Shown in pieces: positions 25,533 through 37,589 of a stretch of 40,856 bases of DNA; position 1 is the first letter of the stretch; each line of letters opens with the position of its first letter. The translations under genes and the position numbers were made by a program. The notes beneath the pieces are model-generated. The model was not told the origin of the DNA. It searched no databases and saw only the letters and a program-made list of their open reading frames with translations. Source of the DNA: Paraglomus brasilianum (Eukaryota); NCBI GenBank assembly GCA_910592345.1, contig CAJVPI010000228.1, positions 1 through 40,856 on the forward strand. Direction: 5' to 3'.

Positions 25533-25640
25533 TATATAAATAGCCGACAAATCTTAGCTTACAAAAGACCATCACCACGCTTAGTCAACAAGTCAATTGC
25601 AGTCTCAGAAGAGCTGACAAAGAATTTAGTAAGCCAGTAA
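25533..25640 (+). pseudogene. Probable internally deleted relic of the LDF family (copy E)
   Basis: TGTATATAAATAGCCGAC resembles the copy B promoter (TGTATATAAATACGTCCGAC). The downstream frame LVNKSIAVSEELTKNLV aligns in register with KSVNMVDGLTQELV (A) and NSIDNLENLSKELV (B). No ATG and no LDF motif. Confidence 0.4.
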
Positions 25641-25753
25641 AAACCCAGAGTAAAATTCTCTCCTAAGTGGTTCATTGTGGTTTAAATCACCCAATTGTTT
25701 TACTATTTGAGGCTATTCAAAATCAAATTCGTCGAACGATAATTCGTGTCGCG

Positions 25754-25866
25754 GCTGATGCTGAAATATGGCTGAAGCTGAAACTAACCAATGGGGTTAG
25801 AGAATAGAATCTGATCAACCAATGAAAGATTATTGTTTCAGCTTCAGCCGGGATTTCAGCATCAGC
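25754..25866. mobile_element. Small MITE or hairpin (about 113 bp)
   Basis: GCTGATGCTGAAATATGGCTGAAGCTGAAAC (25754-25784) is inverted at 25835-25866. Confidence 0.75.
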
Positions 25867-26295
25867 TCCCACAATAAATATTGATTTGAGTGATTGCAAA
25901 TATTTGGTCAAATAATAGCGAATGATTATCAACGCAATTCTTTATAGGTTGTGATAACGCGAATATCTAAGATCTGATATTCTCATTGCAAACTTACATC
26001 ACCTGATATTAATGAGATCTTAGATCAGTTTAATGACAGATCGGTCTAGTACATATGGAAAAATTAAAGGAAAAATCTATCATAGAGGATAGACAATAAT
26101 GTTGTCAAATTATGCTCACATATTCTTTCGTTATAATCGTAATTTTAATACTACTATGGGTATATCTAATTAGCATTATAATACAACAACATACCTTCCA
26201 TCGACATCGATAATCGAAGATAATAATAAGATAATCGATCTTTTTAGATAGCGAATAAAAGTACATCAAATGTTACACAGCCAACCCCGAACGAA

Positions 26296-26428
26296 GGACC
26301 CCCGCTAAACCGAAGATAACCTCTATTAAATTTACCCCGATAAACCGAATTTACTAGTTAAACCGGATTTCTTAGCATTTCCTACCTATGTTCCCGACCC
26401 ACTTCGGTTTAACGGGGGTTCACTATGT
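26296..26428. mobile_element. Degenerate pogo/Tigger-like MITE
   Basis: ACCCCCGCTAAACCGAAG at about 26298 and CTTCGGTTTAACGGGGGTTCACT at about 26402, with internal TAAACCG repeats. Confidence 0.6.
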
Positions 26429-27032
26429 ATTAGCTTTCTTGTAACTTTCGAACGTTTGCTTAGGTGAGTAGTTTCTTATATATAACCTTTACTTAGGTAG
26501 AAACATGCTTGCATTCAGTAACTGTTAACTTTTGGTACATGCCATATGAGAGACATGACTTAATTACTCATTGGTTGATGAGAGCGAGCGTATTGGTATA
26601 TACAGTATAGTGTGACCACACTCTAATATTAGTATTGCAGTTGGAAACATAAAGTGAAAGATTTTGTCTGCAAACAGTTCATACACACAAACTTTTCCCA
26701 TTAGTAGTTACTGTCTATTATCGAGTCGACCACGCCTTTGCCTGCTGTAATGTCAACTATGTAAATAACTGGGTGTATGTAACTAGGGTCAAGTTTATAT
26801 AAAAGTTTGCTAATATTCTATGTCGATGTGAGACGTCGCCAAATGACAATTGATAGTTGTGAAGTAACGTAGGCTAAAAGGTTTAGCAAGTTCAATTATT
26901 GCAGGGGGTAAGCCCGCTTAGAGAGAAATGAGTCATAGTCAGGTGAAAGCTGCAGATTTGGCGTCTACGCCACATTAATTACACAACAGCGGAGAGGTTG
27001 ACGGGTTTCACCCAGCCCATTAGTAATAGTAA

Positions 27033-27120
27033 CAGTGGTTCATTTCACCGACATAAATTTCATCATAAACAATGTGTCACGTAAAATGTAAATGATTGTC
27101 GGTGAAATGAATGCCTCCCG
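27033..27120 (-). mobile_element. Short copy of the MITE family also present at 39618-39763
   Basis: Inverted TTCATTTCACCGACA / TGTCGGTGAAATGAA. The reverse complement shares GGAGGCATT.ATTTCA.CGACAATCATT, CGTGACACATTGTTTAT and GATGAAATTTATGTCGGTGAAA with the 39.6 kb copy. Confidence 0.75.
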
Positions 27121-27142
27121 TACAATAATATCGTCATTATTT

Positions 27143-27526
27143 GACGACTGATCTATGAAAATGGTGCATTCGCAAAAACAGGTGATCGTCAGAAAATCGT
27201 CTTCAAATAAATTGGGCCTTTTTTTAATACCCCAAATTTAAACGACCAATAATTTCTGGCGGTCTGGGACAAGTTATATATCGTTATAAAAACCATCGGC
27301 AAACCTTTCTTACTTCGTTATATAGATATGTCCGCCTTATGACTCGTAAGTCCGGACAGGGAAAAGAACCGTAGCATTGCTTATTACTATTGATCGGCAA
27401 GGATTTGGGGTACATTTGATGTCAGGAAAAAGGCACAGGTAGGTAGCATACCCGAGTATATATCCCACACGAAAACCAAATTTGAACCCCAAATCATCAA
27501 CTACCCATTTTCATAGATCAGTCGTC
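27143..27526. mobile_element. Non-autonomous TIR element (384 bp), superfamily unclear
   Basis: Perfect 22-bp TIR GACGACTGATCTATGAAAATGG (27143-27164) and CCATTTTCATAGATCAGTCGTC (27505-27526). No clear TSD. Confidence 0.8.
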
Positions 27527-28438
27527 TAATTTAAAACCCTAATCCTACATCTCTGCCGAGAAAACACGCGCGCACACACCCACGAAAGGGCCGGCGTTTT
27601 TTTTCTCGACTTCTTCGTGTTCTAGTTCTCTTAAGTAGGATTGTTTATACCTTTCAATCTCACTCATGGTAATTCTATTGTCAACAAAAGCATGCTTGCG
27701 AAGAAGATTAATGAACTTGGTTGCGAAGTAATCTCTAACCGTTCCCATCACAATAGTTGTGTATTTGCTCAGCTGTATATATGTCAATTTTGCAGTAAGA
27801 AACCATTTTTCTAACAATGTCGGATACGATCAAATTGTGCTAACAATTGCCTTAAGTCATGTAATTTTACTCGTATTATTCTTAGAAGCAGCTTACAGCA
27901 TTTGAGCCTGGAAATGCGAGCAGCAAGTGAGAGCGACATCAGTATTTGCATAAAGCAAACTTGTTTTAACAATAATCTACTGGCTGTCGAGGGCTTGCGG
28001 ATCTTTGAATAGCAGGATGAAATTCTGAGCTAGTCTTTAGATAGCTCAGTTGTCAGTATAAAGCTAAAAGATACAAATACTGATGTCAATAATAATCGTA
28101 AATGATTAACGTCTTAAATATCTCCATTATTTACCATATGATAATATCACGCTAGGGACAAACGTCATCATGCAGATAACGAAGATGAGCGATTATGTAA
28201 TAATGGCTTTTTGTTTGAAAAGAAAAGGATAACCATATCATGGCGAGTGATCTACTGCTATATACACTGCCTCAGTATTTTAAAGTATTTGCAATGTGCG
28301 CAGTTTCCCCGAATATTTATTTCTTTTGATTTACGCCATGTTCTATAACAAACACGGGATTGTTCCGTGCTGCGCCCGCTAACTAAAATATATATATATA
28401 TAGGATTGATTGCTTGCCACAAATTTTACCAGAAAAAA

Positions 28439-28930
28439 ATGGCGCAAACCAAAAAGTCTGCCGGAAATGCAAAACCTTCACAGATTAAACCTCGTCAACC
28501 GAAAGGATTAGACTTTAGTGGTAATCATCACGTTATGAAAATCAGACGTCTAAGATCGGTTCAGGTTCCAAGAAAGCAGAAAAAAGTATGTAATAAATGT
28601 TTGCGCACGGAAAAAAAAATTGAAGTTATAGACAACAAATTGAAAAGTATCGACAAGTTAATTAACACGGAAACCGTCCAACAGAAAGAAGCAAATAACA
28701 AGTTTTCTGATTGGGTAAGTTGTTTGAATAATTAAAATTTTGCTATAAAAGACGAATAATGAAATAAGTAGGAAACCAATTGCGTAAGAGTACTTGGTAA
28801 TGGATAAATATAGGAGTATATAATCTAATATTAATTTTAAAACTTTATTCTACATACACAGTCAACTGATAAGCTGGTCGACTTTTCGGGTCATGTGGCT
28901 GCACTATGCGCGAGAAGCTCTGAATCATAG
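28439..28930 (+). CDS. LDF-family copy D (118 aa; exons 28439-28714, micro-exon 28772-28783, 28862-28930)
   Basis: MAQTKK...IKPRQPKGLDFSGNHHVMKIRR...KVCNKCLRTEKKIEVIDNKLKSIDKLIN...FSDW | GTAAGT..TAG | ETNC | GTAAGA..CAG | STDKLVDFSGHVAALCARSSES*. Both introns are phase 0; a (TA)n box lies about 40 nt upstream of the ATG. Confidence 0.7.
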
Positions 28931-29335
28931 TTGCTATACAGTTGTATTAGGAATTCGGTATTCATATAAAACGTCATAGGACATTCATAGCCATTTATTT
29001 TGTAATTGGCATTTTATAAATTACGAATACACATTCTGGTTAACAATACAGCGCCAATATTTTTCGATTACGCTAAACATGTTACTATTTTCATTGATAG
29101 TATAATGAAAGTTTGTATTTTTATTAAGATTCGTGAATAACAGATGGCGTTATTCGATTATTTCCTTATTAGTATATATGGCTTTAATAGATGTCTTACA
29201 ATTACGTATCATTGCCTAGTTTGATTAACACATAGTTTGTGGATAAACAATAAATCAAATGATTGTGGCGTATCTATTAATAATACGCCGCAGCAGAATT
29301 TATGAACAAAATAGTAAATTTCGAGAACCATCTAA

Positions 29336-29438
29336 CTAGCCATTCGTTAATTAGTAAGCGGTTTGAGTTTCAAAAATAATTTCCATCTAGCCATTCGTTA
29401 ATTAGTAAGCGGTTTAAGCTTTAAAAATAATTTCCATC
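29336..29438. repeat. Direct tandem duplication, about 51 bp x2
   Basis: CTAGCCATTCGTTAATTAGTAAGCGGTTT...AAAAATAATTTCCAT occurs twice with 3 substitutions. Confidence 0.9.
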
Positions 29439-31005
29439 AGCCAGCAATGGCCTCCTCTGGACAAGTATCTCGCTTCTTTTTGTCCAGAACCGGAGACTTA
29501 CATGGGCCGTACAAGCACAGGCGATTAATATGTGCTACTGACAAACGGCCTCGCATATTTAATTAAAATTTCCTATAAAGATCTTACAAACAACGGTAAT
29601 ACAACAAACAGTCAATATAATTACCTTTTCCAAATTATTGCTAGCGTTCTTTCAGCGTTTCTTTCAATTGTTCAGGAAATTCAATTACTTTCAATGTACA
29701 CCCTCATTACATCACCATAAGCTATGGATAGCGCTAATTGAAGTAAAATATACTGATGTCACCTCAACACGTAAGCGGAAATATATTCCGTTTACTTTAC
29801 TTTGACTTTTCTAGCCCAAAATCCCAATTTGTTCGGGTATTCCGATTTGCTATTGCGGTAGCCTTTGCACTATTCTGGGTTTCAAGCGCTGGCGTAGTCC
29901 AGCCACTGTGTTTCACCTTGATAATATCCGCTAGCAATGCAATTGTTGCTAAACTTTTGTTGTAATTATGTATATTAATTTATCTGTCGGATGCCTCTAT
30001 ACTACGTTTATTATATTTGTTCTCGTAACGGTTTTGGTAATATATCTTTCATATTATTCACTAATTATTGATTCCGTATCTGTACGGTCTCTTGGTTATG
30101 CAAACTTACAGAGACTGATAATTAACACACAGCAAATTCATTTATCGCACAAAAAGTTGATAAAAACCATCATCAAATCCACAACTGCATAAAAAGTTTT
30201 AAATTCACCAGACACAACTTTACCGTCAACACGAATGATTACACAATATACTTCAGAACCTGAAGTCTGTATATTTGTTGAACGATAAAAATTTTTATTT
30301 TTTTTTTGGAAAAACATGAATGTAGCAATATACTCATAGACATAAAGAATATTTATTCCTGAAGTTGTTCTGACAGATGCTAAAAATAAGCTGACGTGAT
30401 AATTTTTGATATATGACCAAATACGCAAATAATGACCAAAAGGCCAAACAATTTACGCTCAATGGAACTCTAGCCCTTATCAAACTTTGATAAACTTCAC
30501 GCTGTTAATAAGCCAAGACGTTTAAATTTTTTGTGACATACGTAATAATAATACAGTATTTACATGATTACCGGATTAGCAAGGCTTTATCAAAATTTAA
30601 TGATTGTCTACTCCACCCACTCGCCCACCTAACACCTAAGCAACAAACTCACTCATACTATAAGAACCATATTACTATGTCTACTCTACCCTATGTACAT
30701 ACTACTCGCGAATACGACGTGTTTCTTGTATATCGATATAGGATGAGATAACACTTATTGAGTCAATGTTATTATTATTATTTGTATAGAGTAAAACGTA
30801 CATACAAATATTTGGTTATATCAAGTATTTACGGATAGATTATATTATAAATAACATTTGTATTTGCTACAAGATTTATGATAATACTTCTACGAATGAT
30901 GCTTAATTCTTAATAAACATGACAATACTAGTGCCGTTAACAAAGGAGTGACAGCGGTAGCATGTACATGAATTACACAAACAGACGATTTGTCCTTCAG
31001 AATCT

Positions 31006-31221
31006 ACTACGGCTTATAAGAAGAACGCAACGTGTAAAGGTTCTTGCTGCGGTGGGTAAAATTGTTAAGCAAAGTGTCAAGTGATTGTTGTTTACACAAT
31101 AAAGGCAGTTACGAATTTTAAATAACGCAAAACTACGGCTTATAAGAAGAACGCAGGTTCTTGCTGCGGTGGGTAAAATATTAAGCAAAGTGTCAAGTGA
31201 TTGCTGTTTACACAATAAAGG
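31006..31221. repeat. Direct duplication, about 90-100 bp x2
   Basis: ACTACGGCTTATAAGAAGAACGCA...GGTTCTTGCTGCGGTGGGTAAAAT...TTTACACAATAAAGG at 31006 and 31132; the second copy lacks 10 nt. Confidence 0.9.
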
Positions 31222-34200
31222 TAACGAGGAACGCAGTTATTCTATGATTCTTGAAAGACTTCCGATTATAATCCCACAGCGAACATATTCCTTTTTCAGA
31301 TTATATTATCGCTGTCATTACGATTAGGTCCTATGACGTCATTGTGCTGTACATGATGACATAATAATAAAAATTAATCTCAAATAAGAGTGCAAATCAC
31401 AAATGAAGTAATGTACTAGTTGAACGGAGTTTGGTTAGTTTAATGGTTGAGATATTAATATGGGTGTCGCTAAGGTTTTATGGTTGAATGTTAATAGAAA
31501 CTGCTCAAACCGTACAGAATAGAACGTACTGGCGGGAAAGCTTACGCTGAAGATTAGAAAATCCCCATCGGTAGCAAAATATACAAATCAAAAATAGTTT
31601 TAACGAAAAATTCAAAGTATTATAGTACTGCACATTCTTAACAATGTGTCTTCCACCGGTGATTAAACAATTAGCCTTACTATAGATCATTATCGTTAAG
31701 AATAAAAACATCTTCTTTTCTTTTTTCCCATACAGGAAGCAAACCGTCGACTTGGATATTTCTTGGTTGCAGCAATAATTCTTCCTGATCTGTCGTCGTT
31801 GGGGGAGAGTTTGTCAACATTGTTTATAAACAAACAATACGATGGTGAGCTTAGCTTTAATTCTTCTATTATTCGCACTATTTTTTTTTTTAAAAAAAAA
31901 CAACAAACAATTTAGTCGTGCGATTAATCTTTGAGGTATGTGATTACTTTTGGTCGTTTGATTACGTACCGAACATGGGTGACAAAAGTTATATTAGCCC
32001 GGTCCGCCTTGATAGAACTATAATTTCTTTGTTATTGGCAAAATTTTTTCGGTATAAATTGATTATACCGGTACTTGTCTTCGACCTAATTCTACTACTG
32101 CTGCTACGATGTTTTTAATTTAGACTGTTGGCAGACCAATCAGCAACGAAATCCTTGAAACGCGAGGTTCGGTTTTCCCCCCCTTTCTCTTGTCATAGTC
32201 TTATGCAATGTCCCAGGAAAAACTGTAGGTTTAGTTGTTTTTGAGCTCATGTTGTGTGCATTTCGAACACCGTCGCTAACATTGAACTAACCATCTGAGA
32301 CCGATACAAATGCGACATTATTATAATGTTACCTTTGAAGCGGATAGTCGTAAGTGTGATACTAGTACAAATGTTTAAAATTGTTGGTTATTCACCCACA
32401 AACATACTAGCAAATAATCAATTTTATAGCTTAAACTCTATGGCATGTCTTTTAATTTTATCGTTTGTTCAAGTACGCAAATATTTTAACGCAGAATGGG
32501 GCTCATCAATAAATTATTGATATGAATATCATGGCCGTTTTTTTTATAAGGGAGGAAACCCAAATTTGAAAAACAAGAAAGAAAAAATTTTTAAATTAGA
32601 CATTATAAAATTTCTCTATATAATAGATTCGTGCTTGCTACACCGTATTAACCACGGAATAGCCGATGCGGGCATTACCGTACGTAGTTATCCCATACAT
32701 AGATTAAATCTACGGAAAGCCTCACGGCCGCCGCCTTTTCAGTCGTAGCATTTAAATAACTTCTCGGCTGGTTTCTCCGGTAAAAATTTTGTCGTTACTG
32801 ATAGAGTCATTCAATAATTTGAGAAGATACTAATCAAATATCAAGATCAGAATCGGAGAGGCTAGATGACGCTTGTTAGTTACAACTTAAATATTATATA
32901 TACATTCTATATTTCGTACCTAATGTTGCTAGTTGCTAAAGTCAAGTGTATAATGGTTATTTTACTTACCATAATGCTTTACATATATTAACCTTTTTCG
33001 AAAGGGCTACCACACGTTTTAGTGTCGCTAACTGATCGAATTTTGCTGTCCAGTATGGTAAATCCATAATATTACAGTTCGAGAGGCTTTATGAAATGAG
33101 ACTTGCACAGAGAACATCAGTAATAAGAAGCTTCCCCAAAAAGCTATTTGTAAATTTATAAGGTTTAGATTTTGTCAATCAACCTTAAGCAAACGATTTA
33201 AACAAAATCGACTAGCTGGACATGACTGTCCGACTTATTGAGAAAATTTTTAATATGAAAAAATAAAAGAGAAGGGCAGAGAGATTTTGTCTGACTTATC
33301 GAGTTTACCTATTTGTTATACTAATATTTTTTGCCAGTATTGATACGCTTTGGATATGCAGGGTCTTTCCCCCTGCAGTAAACTTAAAGCTAAAGGGATT
33401 CTCAACTTAGTTCTCATTAAATATTACCTACATTATTAGCAACCATGATTATGGTGAATGATTAATGACAATTATTATGTCACAATTCGTAACTAATTCA
33501 TCAATCCAGCCATCAGTTCAATCGGCATCAATATTGTTTAATATAACCAATAAAGTATTGGATTGAATAGCGCTTATTTATTATTTTATCAGAACAAAAA
33601 GTATTTGAAATTAGAATATATTATTAGTCATGATAAATAAAACGCATTATCATTTACCCATATAGAACTGCACCATGCTATATGTGTATGCAAATTAGCC
33701 TTTTCTGCGCGTCAAAAACCAATAAAAAGAACCCACCTTCTTTATTCTATTCTATATAGCATCTAAATATCGGCGTAATAAGGTTAGAACGCTTATTTAC
33801 ACAATATTTTTTTTTTGTCACAATCAGGCGTTTGTTCTTTATAGAACAACTTGCATCTCATTTACTTGTGATTTGTGACTGCGTTGTCGTTGCCGAACAT
33901 ACGTGAAAAAAAATAAAAAAGTATTATTATTACAATACATACTTATATTTTATTATTTAATATTTATGCATCAGGGGGTCAATATTATAATATATACTAG
34001 TGTTACATCGCGCGCCAACAGAACCATTATCTAGTTTGTTCAATTGAACGAATAGTAAAAGAGTAGAATGTAAATTTCGAGCATTCGTTCTCTCCACGAC
34101 TTGAAAAAGAAATAATGCTTGGTTAAGAAAAAAAGCGCAGGATAGACAAAGCTTGACTATTAAACGGTTACAAGAATATAGCCCGTAACGTCAAAAGACT

Positions 34201-34257
34201 TGTTAAAATATTGTGCTTAGATATGATAAGGAAAGAGAGAGAGATATGAAGACGAAA

Positions 34258-34396
34258 ACAACAACAACAGCGGCAACGACAACAGCGGCAACGACAACAG
34301 CGGCAACAACAGCGGCAACAACAGCGGCAACAACAGCGGCAACAACAGCGGCAACAACAGCGGCAACAACAACAATAACAGCAGCGGCAGTAACAA
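34258..34396. repeat. Micro/minisatellite (ACAACAGCGGCA)n with ACA/ACG variants
   Basis: About 8 units of 12-15 bp; this explains the TTAA-repeat ORF at 34213-34476. Confidence 0.95.
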
Positions 34397-36691
34397 TAAT
34401 TATTACTGTAGTTAGAAGAGCAAAAAATTTTCTTTGTACAGTTAACTCAACATTTGAACCGTATTTTGATAAGTAGGTTATTATTCAAATTTGCAAATGC
34501 AGTCTGTAACTCTATTATATCGCGTCATTCTCACAAGTTCATCTTCCTTATCTGCTGAGTAACGTAATCCATATCACGCTGGACGTTGACAGTCCTAAGT
34601 CTTGGCTTGGGACTTGCTATGCTTCTATTCCATGATTATTACATGGAGGAACTATCCATTGGACTCAACTGCTACGAAATTCTTATGGCAAGGTGAACAG
34701 ATGCAACTTCTAGTTGGCAAATGGCAATTTGGAGAACGAATGTTACTAGAGAACAAATAAATGACTTGATCGAAGTCATGAAGAACCTTATTAGAATAAT
34801 GTCGTATTGGGATCCGTTCAAAAAAGGATAATTTCGAAATAATGTTGGTGAAAATTTGTGGAAAATGATTGTCGGGGAAGTGGAAATGAGCCAGACCCGT
34901 TCATCTTGATATAATGCTTGTCAATTCACGGAGAAAGAACGTAATCCGCTTAATAGCAATGGTAGGTAAATTAACATTGACGATACTTCATTCAGAGGAT
35001 GATTTAGTACAGGAGACGTCATTTGTCGATAGCCATTTACCTATTTCTCGACAATTTTACTTCATCGATGCTCAGAGTTTATTCTTTCTTTCTGCTTTTT
35101 TATTTCAGTTGGAACTGACTAGCCTAAACATTCCGCGAGCAGCTTCGATGGTCTTTTATTGGCAATTGTTCACCTACAGGTTTTTTAGCGACAATTTATT
35201 GTTGACAATCATATTTATTCGCCGGCAGTCATTTTGCCGATGGACCGTTTCATTTTGCCGATAGCTATATTCGATAAACACAACGCTTAGGTAAGTTACA
35301 AGCTATCGCCTAACTCTTCTCTTTTTTCCTTTCAACCTCGCTTTAGAAACCGGCTCGTTAATCGAGGAGGAAATGAGTGACTATTTGCTATCTCTTTATT
35401 ATTTATTATGCTCAATAATGTAGTGTTAATTGTTGGTTGCACAAGTTACATCATTGCATTGTACTCTTCACATGGATCTTGCGTCACAAATGGGATTATT
35501 GTGATGCAGATACGCCATTAGTTTCGAAGACAACAAAATGGAAATACCGGTAAGACAATATGGAAAGCTTCGGGAAAATATAGGTTGAATGGAACAGCAA
35601 TTCTCCAGGTACTATTTACGTGCATCCCATGTCAAACATCGATTTGGCTTTGTCCTCTAATGGAACATTATTGCCCGATAACACAAATACGTTGAATAGT
35701 ACGTAAACAAAATTTCGTTTGTGAGGGGGCATCAGAACAGCGTCAAAAGACAGTGTCAAAAAAGTGATTTTGTAAGGAAAGCTGCAGGATTTCGATGCTA
35801 TAATTTGTCCTATACCATGTAGTGTAACAATGTTATTAGAGTGCATATTAACATGGCACGTGTACTTGAGTGAACGCGGATTTTAATACACAAACTCCAT
35901 ATATTAGATCGGAATTATAGAATAATATTGGCATTTACTTCATATTGTGCGCACACTAATACTACAGTATTTACCTAACCGTACAAGAGACACATCTGTT
36001 TAGTTACATGTTATGAATTATAGTTTAAACGTCTATATTCTTAAAGTGTGTTCTGTATTCCAATAATGCCCGATCTATAGAATTAATTTCGTTATTTGAA
36101 TATCTCAAATACAGTTCATAGATCATTTTCTGATAGCGTAATGCGACAAATATGTGGCTATTCCCAAGTGTCAATTTTTAATTAAATCTCAAACAAAAGG
36201 GGGGGGTTTTAAACTTTAATTGACTTTTAGCGCGAGGTAGTAGTCTGTGGGCGCATGCTGTAACACTAGGATACCTATAGTACTGACCCTGATCATGATT
36301 AGTTAAATAATAAAATATAAGTACGTATTGTAATATTAATAACTTTTTTATTCTTTCACGTATGTTCGGCAACAACAACACAGCCACAAGAAGATTTATA
36401 TAAAGACGCTGAACTGACAAAAAAACATTGTGCGTAAATGAACTCATGCTATGATAACTGACAAACCAACAGAACAATAATCGTAAGTTAAATTGTAATA
36501 TGGAATTAAAATTTAATACATATTATATTTAATACAGTCAAAAACTCTTACAACAAGTTTATTCCGTCGTTAGTACGTACAATGCCTTCGGAGAAGACTC
36601 TTATCTTTGGTTAACCCAGAGTACTTAATAGCGTAGTTAATAATACCTCTAACTTACAGAAAACTATCATTACTGATCGCAACTGCAAAGT

Positions 36692-37201
36692 ATGGGTAGA
36701 GCGTGGTCGTCAAAGGTAAATAAGTTGTATTCGATTACACTGGGATGTATTCATTAACGTCTAATATCTTGTCTGTACAAAGGAAGATGAAATTCTTGTT
36801 AGACTTGGAGAAAATAGAAGGATGAGAGCAACCTATTTGAATCATAAAACTGCAAAACAATGTGCAGATAGATTGAAAGACATTCGAGGATGTATGTATT
36901 TCTATTAATATTAAGTAGCATTATTTTGGTTCCCGTTGGGAGTTTAGGTGGCTTGGTTTTACGCGCGTGTTGTTCAGCCCGTAGCTTTCTAACATATATT
37001 CCAACAGATATCGACAGACCATTTGCTCCTTTTGAGTGTAATATGATTCGACATTTGTACCAGAAATATGGCCCTCGATGGAGAAGAATGTCCGCAGTTC
37101 TCCACCGCCCGCCTCAAATGATAATGGATTGTTGGCTTTCTTTAAAAGATATGGATGATGAGATACGCAAACAAATGTCTGTCCAACGACTTCTTTCTTA
37201 A
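36692..37201 (+). CDS. Small two-repeat Myb/SANT-like DNA-binding protein (108 aa; exons 36692-36715, 36783-36891, 37008-37201)
   Basis: MGRAWSSK|EDEILVRL...HKTAKQCADRLKDIRG|YIDRPFAPFECNMIRHLYQKYGPRWRRMSAVLHRPPQMIMDCW...IRKQMSVQRLLS*. It has the Myb signatures WSxxED, KTAKQCxDR and YGPRW. Introns GTAAAT..AAG and GTATGT..CTAAC..CAG keep the frame. Confidence 0.85.
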
Positions 37202-37589
37202 AACCGCTTCGGCATGACTGCGGTCGTTTTTATGGAAAAAAGCAGGATGTAAAACAAGCAATATGAACAAGAAAATAGCACTGTTCCCAAACTATATGGC
37301 TGAAATATGCACCACGCAAGCAGGGCAATTAAGTTAATGAGGGCTATAAGGCATATGTATGAAAAAATTTGTAATATTATCGTTTTGCTAGATTGTCCAT
37401 ATTTTTGGTCGGTCTAGCCAGAGACCCGTTATCAAATAAACGATACCAATTATGTTAATTATAATATCATTAATAAATATTATGTACAGTATATTACATA
37501 ACTAAAAGAACATGCCGATCCTCTATACTGGACTGACTCTTGCGCACCGTTCGTTTTATATTAACATTAATATTTATGTGAAATGCTAA

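Noticed and set aside
27545..27748. Short minus-strand ORF MGTVRDYFATKF...
   Set aside because: It looks protein-like but has no motif, paralog or convincing splice structure; left uncalled.
29450..30430. Possible degraded multi-exon gene on the minus strand
   Set aside because: Scattered intron-like signals but no consistent frame or recognisable domain.
34213..34476. 87-aa Thr/Ala-rich ORF
   Set aside because: It is open only because of a stop-free microsatellite; GTG start and no other coding signal.
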